Below are positions 39,464 to 51,900 of a stretch of DNA of 64,000 bases, in pieces. The translations under genes were made by a program, and so were the position numbers. Origin of the DNA: Octopus sinensis (Eukaryota). The notes beneath the pieces were generated by a model that did not search any database, was not told where the DNA came from, and was given only the letters and a program-made list of their open reading frames with translations. The stretch covers positions 19,902,001 to 19,966,000 of the forward strand of contig NC_043007.1 in NCBI RefSeq assembly GCF_006345805.1, read 5' to 3'. Position 1 is the first letter of the stretch. The number at the start of each line of letters is the position of its first letter.

Positions 39464-39610
39464 ATATTCCTTTCCTTGCTTTCATTGTCAATTAAGACAT
39501 TGATTGATTTCCCCTCTGTTGGTAAGACCATTAACAGAATAGTGTTTGAGATGATGCCAATTAAGAATTCCGTTAACGACACTAATACTCACTTCAAACA
39601 ATTACTACCA

Positions 39611-39647
<37 letters not shown>

Positions 39648-40539
39648 TTATATATATTATATGATGCAGAGTGGCTGTGTGGTAAGAAGCATGTCTTCTG
39701 CATTCAGAGCCCATGTCTCAGTACTAAGGAGTATAGCTGTGTGTGTGTATATATATACACACACACTCACACATGCACACACACACATAGACACATATAT
39801 ACAAATATATTTAGATAGAGCATGAAAAATACAGAGTACTGTGAAGAGATTACTTAATTTCTTAACAGCTGTTTCAGGAAGCTTGTACTTATGTAATAAT
39901 CAAAGTATTCATAATTTGCAGATGGAATATGCAAAAAGGCCCTTGGTATGCAGCCAGTAAATAGTCACACAGAGACATTACAATAACTCTAGTTCCTTCA
40001 TCAAGAGAAAGTGGCTGTGTGGTAAGAAGTTTGCTTCCCAACCACATGATTCTGGGTTCTGTCCTACCTTGGGCATTGGCTTTTTATTATAGCCCCAGGT
40101 CAACCAAAGACTTGTGAGTGAATTCAATAGCTGGAAACTGAAAGAAGTCCATCATGTACATGTATATATATATATACACACACACACACATAAATATACA
40201 TACACAATATACACACACAAACGGGTGTGTATGTGTGTGATAGAGAGCATTAGCAACTTCTTGTCTTGGCTTTGTGTGATAGTTGGAAACAATTTTCACC
40301 ATTCATGCAATCTTCTGTGAAAACATGTCTGGTCATGAGAGGACCTCCAGCCATAGAAAATCCACCTCAACAAAATTCCATCTAACCCATGCAAGTATGG
40401 AAATGTTGACATTAAAACAATGATAATGATGATGATGATGATGATATCACTGGCTTCCCCAGCCCCTTTCTGTCACCTCTCTCCTCCCTTCTTTCACATT
40501 ATATTAACAATTGTCTCCTCCCTGTGTTACATAACAAGT

Positions 40540-40930
40540 GGAGGCGCAATGGCCCAGTGGTTAGGGCAGTGGACTCGCGGTCATAGGATCGCGGTTTCGA
40601 TTCCCAGACCGGGCGTTGTGAGTGTTTATTGAGCGAAAACACCTAAAGCTCCACGAGGCTCTGGCAGGGGATGGTGGTGATCCCTGCTGTATTCTTTCAC
40701 CACAACTTTCTCTCACTCTTACTTCCTGTTTCTGTTGTACCTGTATTTCAAAGGGCCGGCCTTGTCACTCTCTGTGTCATGCTGACTATCCCCGAGAACT
40801 ACGTTAAGGGTACACGTGTCTGTGGAGTGCTCAGCCACTTACACGTTAATTTCACGAGCAGGCTGTTTCGTTGATTCGGATCAACCGGAACCCTCGTCGT
40901 TGTAACCAACGGAGTGCTTCAAGAGACAAC
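40540..40930 (+). mobile_element. SINE family C with 11-bp TSD (acataacaagt)
   Basis: TSD on both sides; ends about 60-70 bp upstream of the Arpin exon 5 acceptor. Confidence 0.9.
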
Positions 40931-40999
40931 ATAACAAGTCATCAATCAATGGAGCTTTTCTTTGTCTCTCTAACCAAAGTCTTCTCTTGTTACTTACAG

Positions 41000-41172
41000 A
41001 GAGCATTGTCAAGCTGGACGCAAACGGAGAACCAGTGACGGTCGGTAACTATAGTGGCGGTGAGGACATTGGATCAAGCTGGACACAGAAAATCATGAAC
41101 CTGAAACTGACCGACGCACCCAGTACAGCTGTAGCTGCGGCCCAGGGTGAATGTGCAGGTGATGATGAATGG
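41000..41172 (+). CDS. ARPIN: Arpin coding exon 5 (E-SIVKLDANGEPVTVGNYSGGEDIGSSWTQKIMNLK...QGECAGDDEW)
   Basis: Acceptor ttacttacag|, donor TGG|gtaagt; 173 nt; G.SWT..IM motif and the acidic-Trp Arp2/3-binding tail. Confidence 0.95.
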
Positions 41173-41327
41173 GTAAGTAAATGAACACCTCTGTCCCGTT
41201 TGCGTTTTAAAAGCCCATCTTTTTCTCTGTCTCCTGTGGCTGTGTGGTGTGGTCAAAATGTAATCAGAACTGATGCTGTCAAAAGAAAACTACAACATAC
41301 AGCAATCCAGCATTTAATCTCCTTTAA

Positions 41328-42156
41328 CCCTTTCGGTACTGTATTTCTAAGGCGGCGAGCTGGCAGAATCTTTAGCACGCCGGGCGAAATGCGTAGCTGT
41401 ATTTCGTCTGTCGTTACGTTGTGAGTTCAAATTCCGCCGAGGTGCACTTTGCCTTTCATCCTTTCGGGGTCGATAAATTAAGTACCAGTTACACACTGGG
41501 GTCAATGTAATCGACGTAATACTTATGTCTGTCCTTGTTTGTCCTCTCTATGTTTAGCCCCTTGTGGGTAATAAAGAAATAGGTACCGTATTTCTAAGGT
41601 TTGGTGGAAGATTTTAATTCAGAACTTATGAAAACAAGACGTTTGTACTACAGAGCCATAGGCAGTTTCAGACAAGTTGGTATCAAAAGGGTTAAGAATT
41701 GTTTCTCTAATATATATTTTAACCATTTTGTTACCATATTTCTGTTGAGATGTTCTGGGTTTCTTTCAATTAATTTTAAATATAACCAAGAATTTAGTAA
41801 AATAACTTAGTTATCATTCAGCTAGTGTTAGGAACATAAATTGTGACTAAGGTTTGGTGGAAGATTTTAATTCAAAACTTATGAAAATAAGATATTTCTA
41901 GTCAGAGCCAGAGATGGTTCCAGCCTGGTTGGTAACAAAAAGGTTAAACGTACCTCTACATTTGGGCAGATGCATATTAGAAGTAATTGGAAGGGTGTGG
42001 ATTGAAGGAAATTTAGGCTATTATTTCTAGCATATAGAGTGACCACATTGAGGTCTCCTTCTCTTATGTCTTCTGCTGATTATTTTCCTTCTTAACCCTT
42101 TCGTTACTGTATTTATTTTGAGACGCTCTGTGTTTCTTTCAATTAATTTTAAATAT
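41328..42156. mobile_element. Array of piggyBac-like TTAA MITEs (41328-41691 with a SINE B inside, 41723-41943, partial 42096-42156)
   Basis: TTAA|CC(C)TTT...AAAGG(G)|TTAA ends; SINE B flanked by ggtac.gtatttctaagg duplication. Confidence 0.85.
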
Positions 42157-42311
42157 GCTACGTTTCCCCCCCCCTCCTCTTTCTTGAAGGGTCACTTCTT
42201 TGATCTCTGTCAACACCAGAGCCAGGTGTTTTCAGCCTCCATCACTTCTGAAAATGATGAAGACAGTCATAAACAAATGCTTGCTTTATTATTTTGGGTT
42301 TCTTCTCACTC

Positions 42312-42862
42312 CTAGTTGTCATTCCTATGACTTCTAGTTGTCATTCCTATGACTTCTAGTTGTCATTCCTATGACTTCTAGTTGTCATTCCTATGACTTC
42401 TAGTTGTCATTCCTATGACTTCTAGTTGTCATTCCTATGACTTCTAGTTGTCATCCCTATGACTCCTAGTTGTCATTCCTATGACTTCTAGTTGTCATTC
42501 CTATGACTTCTAGTTGTCATTCCTATGACTTCTAGTTGTCATTCCTGTGACTTCTAGTTGTCATTCTTGTGACTTCTAGTTGTCATTCCTGTGACTTCTA
42601 GTTGTCATTCCTATGACTTCTAGTTGTCATTCCTATGACTTCTAGTTGTCATTCTTATGACTTCTAGTTGTCATTCCTATGACTTCTAGTTGTCATTCCT
42701 ATGACTTCTAGTTGCCATTCCTATGACTTCTAGTTGTCATTCCTATGACTTCTAGTTGCCATTCCTATGACTTCTAGTTGTCATTCCTATGACTCCTAGT
42801 TGTCATTCCTATGACTTCTAGTTGTCATTCCTATGACTTCTAGTTGTCATTCCTATGACTTT
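42312..42862. repeat. Minisatellite, ~25 x 22-bp unit CTAGTTGTCATTCCTATGACTT
   Basis: Head-to-tail units with rare point variants and no spacers. Confidence 0.97.
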
Positions 42863-43102
42863 TGTCGTAGAGAATTACGACTTAATTTTTACGCTAACTA
42901 ATTCTTCACACTAACTCTATAGATCTCAACAATTCAAACAAGTCTTGTTGGATTTTTCATAGACATGGCATAAAAACAATAACCAATTTCTCAAAGGAGT
43001 GAGTGTCGTGGAGTTTAGTAACATCCCACAAACACTAAAGTTTTCCCCAAAATCCAGGGTTTTTATAACTGCTCAACTCGACTTTAAAGAATTGAAATCA
43101 CA

Positions 43103-43510
43103 TACTCTCTTTTACTCTTTTACTTGTTTCAGTCAGTTGACTGCGGCCATGCTGGAGCACCGCCTTTAGTCGAGCAACTCGACCCCGGAACTTATTCTTT
43201 GTAAGCCCAGTACTTATTCCATCGGTCTCTTTTGCCGAACCGCTAAGTGACGGGGACATAAACACACCAGCATCGGTTGTCAAGCAATGCTAGGGGGACA
43301 AACACAGACACACAAACACACACGCACACATATATCTATATATACGTATATACGACGGGCTTCTTTCAGTTTCCGTCTACCAAATCCACTCACAAGGCTT
43401 TGGTCAGCCCGAGGCTATAGTAGAAGACACTTGCCCAAGGTGCCACGCAGTGGGTTTGAACCCGGAACCATGTGGTTGGTAAGCAAGCTACTTACCACAC
43501 AGCCACTCCT
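43103..43510 (-). mobile_element. SINE family A in Arpin intron 5
   Basis: Reverse complement of the family consensus. Confidence 0.9.
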
Positions 43511-43862
43511 AAAAATATTCTTTAACTAATTTTTAGAATTCCTATATGAGCAGTTATTTCAACCAATGGGAAAACGACAATCATATTTCCTCGGCAATAC
43601 ATTACATCATATTGCCAGCTGCCACAAATTGGCAGTACTGTTTGAAAATGGCTACACGCTACAGGGCCAAGTCTATCAGAGATCTACTACCTTAAAGTTA
43701 CACTCATCCTACACCCCTAAAAGTGAAAAAAACTCCTTGGATAATGTAGTCCCTGATAAATAAGATGACAGGACATGGGGTCACACAATAACACTTGCCA
43801 TTGTATTCTGGGATATTTCAGCTGTTTAGTAAATAGCATTTTCTTTAAATCTTTATTTTCAG

Positions 43863-43871
43863 GATGACTAA
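43863..43871 (+). CDS. ARPIN: Arpin terminal coding exon (Asp-Asp-stop)
   Basis: Acceptor tctttattttcag|GATGACTAA completes the acidic tail DDEW-DD*; the six exons sum to 705 nt = 234 aa + stop with all phases compatible. Confidence 0.85.
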   Translation, partial: DD

Positions 43872-44334
43872 GACAGACACACAGACAAAGGTGGACAAAC
43901 GTGCAGGAAGAAAGAAAAAGAAAAACAGAGAGATACAACACTTCAACAGTTCAAATTCATCATTTTTCCATAGAACTACAACAGAAGCCCCACTTATGAA
44001 TATTTAGCTTTTGAATATTTAGCCCTTTTTTTATGTCCCCTTATCATCCATGATAATATTCATCAGCCCACAATGTATTTTGTATTTTTTTAATTTTATC
44101 TCCATATTTTTTTTTTATTTTTGCACCATACATGAATGTATGTATGTATGTCAAAACAAGAAACTGGAAAAAATTTTTCGTATTACATTTTGACCATTAC
44201 ACATGTTTCATACACTAATAGGAATTATAAAATTGTACGTGTAGGATAAATGCTTCATCCAAATTTAAACTCTTTTTATAATTTTTTTTTCTTCTCTGAA
44301 TGAAAAAACTCTAATGGGTGATACAATCTGTTTT

Positions 44335-44758
44335 GGATCTTTTCGGTTTGAACGGCAGTTTTTAACATAATTTCTAGGTAACTAAAAAAATTTAAACTTC
44401 GTATACTAGTAGAATGTGTTTATAAAACATCTTTTTCTCTTGGCTTTTTTGAGAAAATTCTATAGTTTGTAAAATATTTATTGTTTTTTTTTCTTCAATT
44501 TCTGCAATTTCAACCAATCAGTGACGTCCATTGGGGTAAAAAACATTCTGTGCCATATGAATATGTCCCTCGTTTAAGAAACAGATTGGGTTTATTTACA
44601 TTTGCGAAGAAAAAAAGCTACCCTTCCCCCCACCCCTAGCCCTAACCATAACCCTAAAACAGATTGAAATGCAATAGATCGATACTAGGGTCATAATTAT
44701 GAGTGACAATTTCATATGTCACTGCTAGAAAAAACTGCCGTTCAAACCGTAAAGATCC
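44335..44758. mobile_element. Second copy of the 8-bp-TSD MITE
   Basis: TIRs ggatcttttcggtttgaacggcagtttt / aaaactgccgttcaaaccgtaaagatcc; TSD tctgtttt / tctgtttc. Confidence 0.88.
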
Positions 44759-44821
44759 TCTGTTTCTCCTATATATGCAAGTTTGTAACTCCTATTAGCA
44801 AATGAAACGTGTGTAAAGGTG

Positions 44822-44827
44822 AATAAA
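44822..44827 (+). promoter_or_regulatory. Candidate Arpin polyadenylation signal (AATAAA)
   Basis: First canonical AATAAA I found downstream of the Arpin stop; use not demonstrated. Confidence 0.45.
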
Positions 44828-45167
44828 TAATGCCAAAAGATGTTTCCAATCTCCTGTTTTGATATATACTTACTCAGCAAATAATAGTCTCAGTAACGTT
44901 CAACTCTTATGCATATCTCACATAATATGACATCTGCAAATGTATTTGGAATACTGGAATCAGCAGATGTGCTTCAAGAGTACACAGCTTGCATTTCAAC
45001 CCTATCATATAAGTATATATGTGTATATATGTATACAAGAGTAGGCACATAAATGTGAAACAAGGTGGGGAAAATAGTACTCAATACCGGAGGTAGAGTA
45101 ATATTCTTTTTTTTCCTTTTTTTTGTGATATCTTTGGAGGTTTATTAATATGTATATTTGTACATAG

Positions 45168-45211
<44 letters not shown>

Positions 45212-45559
45212 GTATATATATATGTGTGTGTGTGTATATATATATATCAATGTTTGTTTTTATGTAAGTTATAATAAAAACAATTTTACATTTAAGCTGA
45301 AGAATTTAGTTAATACTTTTGGTAGACTACAAATTTGTTATTCTTTAACAAGAATGGTATCAATAGTGACTTCGAAGTTTCGACCAGCTAGGCCATCATT
45401 TGGCTTAGCTGGCTGAAAGTTTGAAGTCTCTGTCACCGGCCATTTTGTGAAAATACAATGAATATGTAATTCTACAGTTTTCTGTTAAATTGTTTTTATT
45501 ATTATATTATTTTATGAAAACAAACAATATATACATATATATATATAGGGAGAATTTAC

Positions 45560-45828
45560 GAAAAAAATCAAAAGACGAAGACAGGTGGTGTAGAAAACAA
45601 ACAGATGTATTAGTATGATACTCGAGAATTGAAAATGTCTTTAACGTTTCAAGCATATGCTCTTCTACAGAAAGGAACACAGAAAGAAACAAGGAGAGAG
45701 AAAACATGCGTGTAGTGGCTACCGATCTATCTTGGCGAATGATATATATGCACACACACACATACACACACACACATATATGCATACATATATATATAAA
45801 CATGCACACACACATATATATACATTTT

Positions 45829-45867
<39 letters not shown>

Positions 45868-46978
45868 AAGGAATACAAAAAATGGAACAAGAACGCAAAA
45901 CATCCAGACAGATGATACAAAAAAGGGACAAGAAGAAACAAGGACGGGTCATTCGGAGTTTTCTTTCCTCAGTCGAGTTCCAGATTATCTTTGCAATTTC
46001 GGTTGGTTATACTCGAGATTGTTCCAATCTGGCCAGCCCCAAGGAAAAACTAAGCTAAAAGCACTAGATTCCTTGGAAGAAAGCAGCGAAGGTATATGAG
46101 AACAAGGACGGAAAAAAACTGGTAAGGCATGGTCACTTTCAGAATGACCCTTAGGTATATAACAAATGAAAGACTGAAGACGGAATATACCAGAATTTAT
46201 TATTAATTCCGACAATTGAAGATATTTCCTCTGTCTGGCTGTTTTTCTCTCTACAAAATGGTAAGTTTCATTGCAGATACAACAAAAGAATAAATGAGAC
46301 CTCGATATTATGTAAATAGAGGAATTTATCTGTACAATAATATATGACAATTATTTGGTTGCCATAATAAAACAACGAGTTTCGGATGTTGGAGCCGAAA
46401 TCTGCTCTGGCATCTCGTCAGTTATTAAGACAATCAAAAAATACTGATGAGATACCAGAACAGATTTCCGCCCCGACATCTAAAACTCGGAGTTTTATTA
46501 TGGCAACTTAATAATTGTCACATATTATATTACAGATATATATATATATATTATATATATATATATTAGAAGAAAATGAGGTACTCAGAAATCTGGATGG
46601 TTTTATATTTACAGATATTTATTAGTATGTTACATGTTTTTATAAATCATATATCGTATATTAGCGCTTTCATCCACACACCTTTTATTAAAGCAGAAAA
46701 TTATCACAGAACTGCTACTCAGAGCTTCTCGTTCCCGTTCGTCGGACAGTTGTGAGTAGCAGTCCTGTGATAAGTTTCTGCTTTAATAAAAGGAGTGTGG
46801 ACGAAAGCGCTAATATATGATATATGATTTATAAAAACATGTAACATACTAATAAATATATGTAAATATAATATGTAGTCCAACCCATGCTAGCATGGAA
46901 AACGGACGCTAAATGATGATGATGATGATGATGAAAACCATCCGGATTTCTGAGTACCTCATTTCTTCTAATATATAA
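45560..46978. mobile_element. Cluster of Penelope-like terminal-repeat remnants and fold-backs (46340-46527; 46566-46978 with an RTE tail inserted in the right arm)
   Basis: Two long imperfect palindromes and hammerhead-like motifs; the Penelope assignment is inferred from the minimal-hammerhead plus inverted-copy architecture. Confidence 0.65.
46365..46427 (-). ncRNA. Type I hammerhead-ribozyme-like motif
   Basis: UAAUAA-CUGACGA-GAUG(...GAGC/GCUC...)CAUC-C-GAAAC-UCGUU-GUU-UUAUUA; intact core, 6-bp AU stem I, 1-nt bulge in stem II; activity untested. Confidence 0.55.
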
Positions 46979-47625
46979 TACCTGTACATCATCACCAAAC
47001 CTTCCAATATATATATATATATATATATATAAATTAGAAAAATACCACCTTTCATCAATTCAATAATGAAAAATTAAATTATACCATTTAGAAAAATTAC
47101 CTATTATAGAAAGATTAAATATAAGATAAAACATATAACGATGATTAAGTAATGTGCAAAATAATAAATAAAACGTATATCTTTGGTATATACCAAATAT
47201 ATACATAGGTAATTTTCTAGATGGTATGATTTAATTTTTCATCATTGAATTGATGAAAGGTGTTTTTTTTCTAATTTATATATATATATACACAAGAAAA
47301 AAGCAACAAGAATGGATTAGTTGTTCAGTACAATTGTTTCATACGAAGAACAGCTTTATTAAAAGCTGCAAATATTGCAGCAAATACAAGTGTCCCGTAG
47401 TCATCAGCCAAAACACATATGAGTTTTCCAAACATCCTAGGGGGTGAGGCTACACTCATGAAGTATCGAAGAGAGTACCGCATTCATGTGAATTCATTGG
47501 AACTCACTTGAATCTTAATTGTTTTTACTGAATATATATATATATATATGGAGAGATAGAAATAGATAGATAGGTAGATAGACATACATATATATCTACA
47601 TACATATATTCACATATATATATTT

Positions 47626-47658
<33 letters not shown>

Positions 47659-48689
47659 CATACACACATATATCTATGTATAATACTTTTATTCCTATTT
47701 TTGTCGCATTTGTTCTGTTCTGACAGCAGGTACATTGCTTATACATTACTCCTGCAAATTCACACGATGACTGTTTGCTTCTTGGCTTAGAGCACTGGAA
47801 TCCAACTGTACAAAGCAAAACACCCAGTAATTCTGACGATCTTTAGCTGTGACCAAAATTTCAGTATTTCAAGGATTTTACTTTAAAAAATCTGTGACAC
47901 AGTGAGTCACTTGTTGTTGCGCCACAGGGTATGTGTGACACTCCTCTTGAAAATCACCAGTCAATGATACTTTTCTTGTTTTAAATAACCATGATTTTTC
48001 AACTTTTTCCTTTAAATCTGACTCGCTAATCCTTTAATTTTGGTAAAAACCTTTATAAACCTCTAGGCAGTGATTTCACTCTCAAAATTTGAAGAATTAG
48101 GTTGTTTTGCTTTTTCCATTTATTTTGATCCTTTCCAATGTTTTTTCAATTCACACAAAAGCCTTTTTTTTTATTATTATTGTTGTGTTTCTTGGGTTTT
48201 TGTAGTTCCGTTCTTCCTCTACAAATTTGGTTTATTGTTTTTGAAATTTCAATAAATTTTACCTCTTTTCAGACACATGACTAAGGAGTGCCAAATATGA
48301 AAGGCAAATGACTTTTTCTGACAACCCAACATTAGGAATGTCTGTAGAAAATTTCATGGCACTCCTTACAACTCACAGTGGCACTAAAGGCAGCTTAAGT
48401 GCCACTTCTATTGGCTTGCTATGAAACCCTAACTACTAGCACTTTCTCTACAATACTTTCATTGCCAGGAGATTTTACTGCTTCCCCTTACAATGTTCTT
48501 AGTAATTTGTGCCAACATTTGCTTTGACATGTTAACGGCTTTCAATCAAAACTCCTAAATGCTTTCCTATCTATTGATTATCCGTTAATTCTTTCTAAAA
48601 CTTTTATTGCGACACTTGAAGTTGTTTGTGTAACACCTCAATGTATCAGGAATCGTTATGTGGTTGCTTAACCTGCTAGAGACAACAGT

Positions 48690-48990
48690 GGTGAAGGCAC
48701 ATAGCTTAGTGGTTAGGGCATGCGGCTCATAATTGTGCCATTGTGTCCTTGAGCAAGACACTTTATTTCACTTTGCTCCCATCCACTCAGTCAGCAAAAA
48801 TGAATTTTACCTGTAATTCAAAGGGCCGGCCTTGTCACATTGTGTATCATACTCTATCTCCCTGGGAACTACATTAAGGGTACGCATGCCTGTGGAGGGC
48901 TCAGCCACTTGCATGTTGATTTCACAAGCAGGCTGTTCCGTTGATCGGATCAACTGGAACCCTCGTCGTTGTAACCGATGGCAACCAGTT
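48690..48990 (+). mobile_element. Hybrid SINE: CORE-type head with the family C tail
   Basis: gtgtccttgagcaagacac core followed by aaagggccggccttgtcac...gatcggatcaactggaaccctcgtcg tail. Confidence 0.7.
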
Positions 48991-51900
48991 TTTCGCTTGT
49001 CTCTTTTTCTAGTAACAACAGTTAAATTCTTTGAAATCACAGCCATTTTATCTTTAAAAAATGCAAAGGTGACATTAGTTCCTGTAATCTTAGATAACCC
49101 TAAAAACATGGACGGGGGCGGGGGTCAAGATTAGAATGCTTTTAGAATGCTTTTAATCATAGGTCTGCTAAATCAGAATTGAGTTGGGGAAGGGCTCTTC
49201 ATTCTTTGTTTATTTTCACCCTCTTAAATACTAAACCCTCCCTTAACCAAGAAGTAGCAGGGGATTATCCTATCTGATTCCAAATAGTGTAGTTTGCCTT
49301 GATATGGGACTGTTACAAGATCTGAAATAAAACCTCCCTTTCTTTCTGAAACTAAAGTCCAACCTGACTAAACTGTGAAAACCAACAGGGTACATTGATT
49401 TGCCAAGGGTCCAAATGTAATTAAGGAGACTAAGTTGATTATTCTCCGTAATTGTTGCTCAGTAATGAATCATGCCAGTTAGTCAATTATCCACTGAACC
49501 ATTCGTATTCCCTCCTAATGACTGATTCATTATACAACCCAATGACTAATGACTAATACATCCTCAATGACTAATGACTAATACATCATCAATGACTGGC
49601 TTATTGAGGCTTTAATGATTAACTTCCAATGCATGGTGTTCTTACAAGCAAACCGTAAAATTTCACAATAGAATTAAAGCTAACATTCTCTTGTATAATA
49701 CTAATAAACTTTGAATATCTGATGCAGTTTAACGAACAAACCATTCTGATCAGAAGTAGTTTTAAAATCGAACCCTGATGAGCTTCTGCTATGTTATTAT
49801 ATACAATATCTGCTTTTCTCTTCCATCACTTTTACCAATCATCTTTCTGCGCAATATATCAGCAATCTTGTAGCATTCCTGATCAAAACGAAAGTGCCCC
49901 CCCTCCACTAATTATACAGTATTTATGCGTATGCATTATATATGCTACACATACATACATATATAAATATATACTTACATGTTATATATTATATGACAAA
50001 TAAAAGATATTTTTCTCATTGGTATTTTTTCTTTCCTTTTATTTTGTAAAAACCAAAAACATCCCCACTCATCATCATCATTTAATATCCATTTTCCATG
50101 CTGGCATGCGTTGGACAGTTTGACCAGGGTCTGGGAAGCCAGAGAGCTGCACCAGGTTCTAGCTGTCTGTTTTGGTAGGGTTTCTGCAGTTTGATGCCCT
50201 TCCTAATGCCAACCACTTTACGGCGAATACTGGCTGTATTTTACATGACACCAGCACAGGTGCTTTTTACATGGCCCCCAACACGAGTGGGGCCACCAAG
50301 TAGCTTGCAAGACAAAGCCCTCTCAGCTGAGAGAGGGAGTGGAACTGAAAGAAGTAACTAAGTGCCAAACAAGGGGTTAGAGTATGAAAGAGGGACAGAG
50401 AGTTGTCTTACTATAGAGGAGATACTCAGCTCCCCTCATGGATCGGTTAAAATAAATTCAGTATGTTTCCATGAATTAATCTTGAGTAACACAGTCCAGG
50501 AGCTAGAGAGATCATCATCATCGTTTAACGTCCGTTTTCCATGCTAGCATGGGTTGGACGGTTCGACTGGGGTCTGAGAAGCCCGAAGGCTGCACCAGGC
50601 CCCTGTCTGATCTGGCAGTGTTTCTACAGCTGGATGCCCTTCCTCACACCAACCACTCCGTGAGTGTTGTGGGTGCTTTTTACGTGCCAGGCATGGCTGG
50701 CAACGGCCATGATCGGTTGGTGCTTTTTATGTGCCACCGGCACGGAAGCCAGTCAAGGTGGCGCTGGCATCGGCCATGTTTGGATGGTGCTTTTTACGTG
50801 CCACCGGCACAGGGATCACAACTACAAGTTCCATTGAACTTGAGAGATGTATTACTGAAAATAATGCTCCACTACCATGGGACCAAAACTGCTTCCGTAA
50901 AAGCAAATCAACCCTACAACAGATCTTTACTCTTTTAAAAACTATTGAAGAGCTCAGAATCTCCAAGCAAAAGACATCAACTGTGGGTTTCTTTAAGCCA
51001 TATCAACAGAAGAACCTTGTAGAACTCTGGCATTGAGGATGAGATATCAAAGCCTTCACCATCATGCATGACAACCCATCAATTTTTGAGTAAAGAACAG
51101 AGAACCCAGCTGAAGAAATAATCCTTCAAGGGGTCACCATAGCTCCTTTTCTCTTTGTAAGTGTAGATATTCTTTTACTTGTTTCAGTCATTTGACTGCG
51201 GCCATGCTGGAGCACTGCCTTTAGTCGAGCAAATCGACCCCAGGACTTATTCTTTGTAAGCCCAGTACTTATTCTATCGGTCTTTTTTGCCGAACCGCTA
51301 AGTGACGGGGACGTAAACACACCAGCATCGGTTGTCAAGCAATGCTAGGGGGGACAAACACACACATATATATATATATATATACATATATACGACAGGC
51401 TTCTTTCAGTTTCCGTCTACCAAATCCACTCACAAAGCATTTGTCGGCCCGGCCGGGGCTATAGCAGAAGACACTTGCCCAAGATGCCACGCAGTGGGAC
51501 TGAACCCGGAACCATGTGGCTGGTTAGCAAGCTACTTACCACACAGCTACTCCTGCCAAAATGTTGACCCCTTCCAAGACAAAGGTCTCACCATTAAGCA
51601 GAGATGCCGGAGACATTATCAAAGCATTTATTTCTCCCTCTCTCTGTCCTTGATTATGTTGATGGTCTTGTTGCATGTAATTATTTACCCCTTTGTGGCC
51701 ACTTTTAAAAGAGGGCTATGGAATTTCTTTGAGAGTAATTTGTTGTGGTTACAGGATCTAATTGTAGTAAAAGTAAAAGTTGCAGAGCATGGTGTACAGA
51801 AGCAGCCACGTTTCAGAATAAAAGATAAGGAGAAATGAGAGAGAGAGCAACAACTAGAGACAATACAAGTTTGTTGTGACAGTGAGGGCTTCAGGGGAGA

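Noticed and set aside
40540-40615. tRNA-like sequences at SINE heads
   Set aside because: They continue directly into SINE bodies and lack clean acceptor stems, so they are not called as tRNA genes.
42312-42862. CRISPR-like appearance of the 22-bp array
   Set aside because: Units are contiguous with no unique spacers, there are no cas genes, and the context is a eukaryotic intron.
44625-44660. CCCTAA repeats suggesting a telomere
   Set aside because: Only a few imperfect units, internal to a TSD-flanked MITE.
46174-46215. CTGAAGA-C-GGAAT...ATTCC-GACAA hammerhead-like string
   Set aside because: GAAA is broken and there is no pairable stem I or cleavage triplet; at best a decayed motif.
45985-46350. 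121-aa ORF with a Cys pair that might be a Penelope GIY-YIG remnant
   Set aside because: No recognisable GIY/YIG motifs or catalytic Arg/Glu spacing; needs a profile search.
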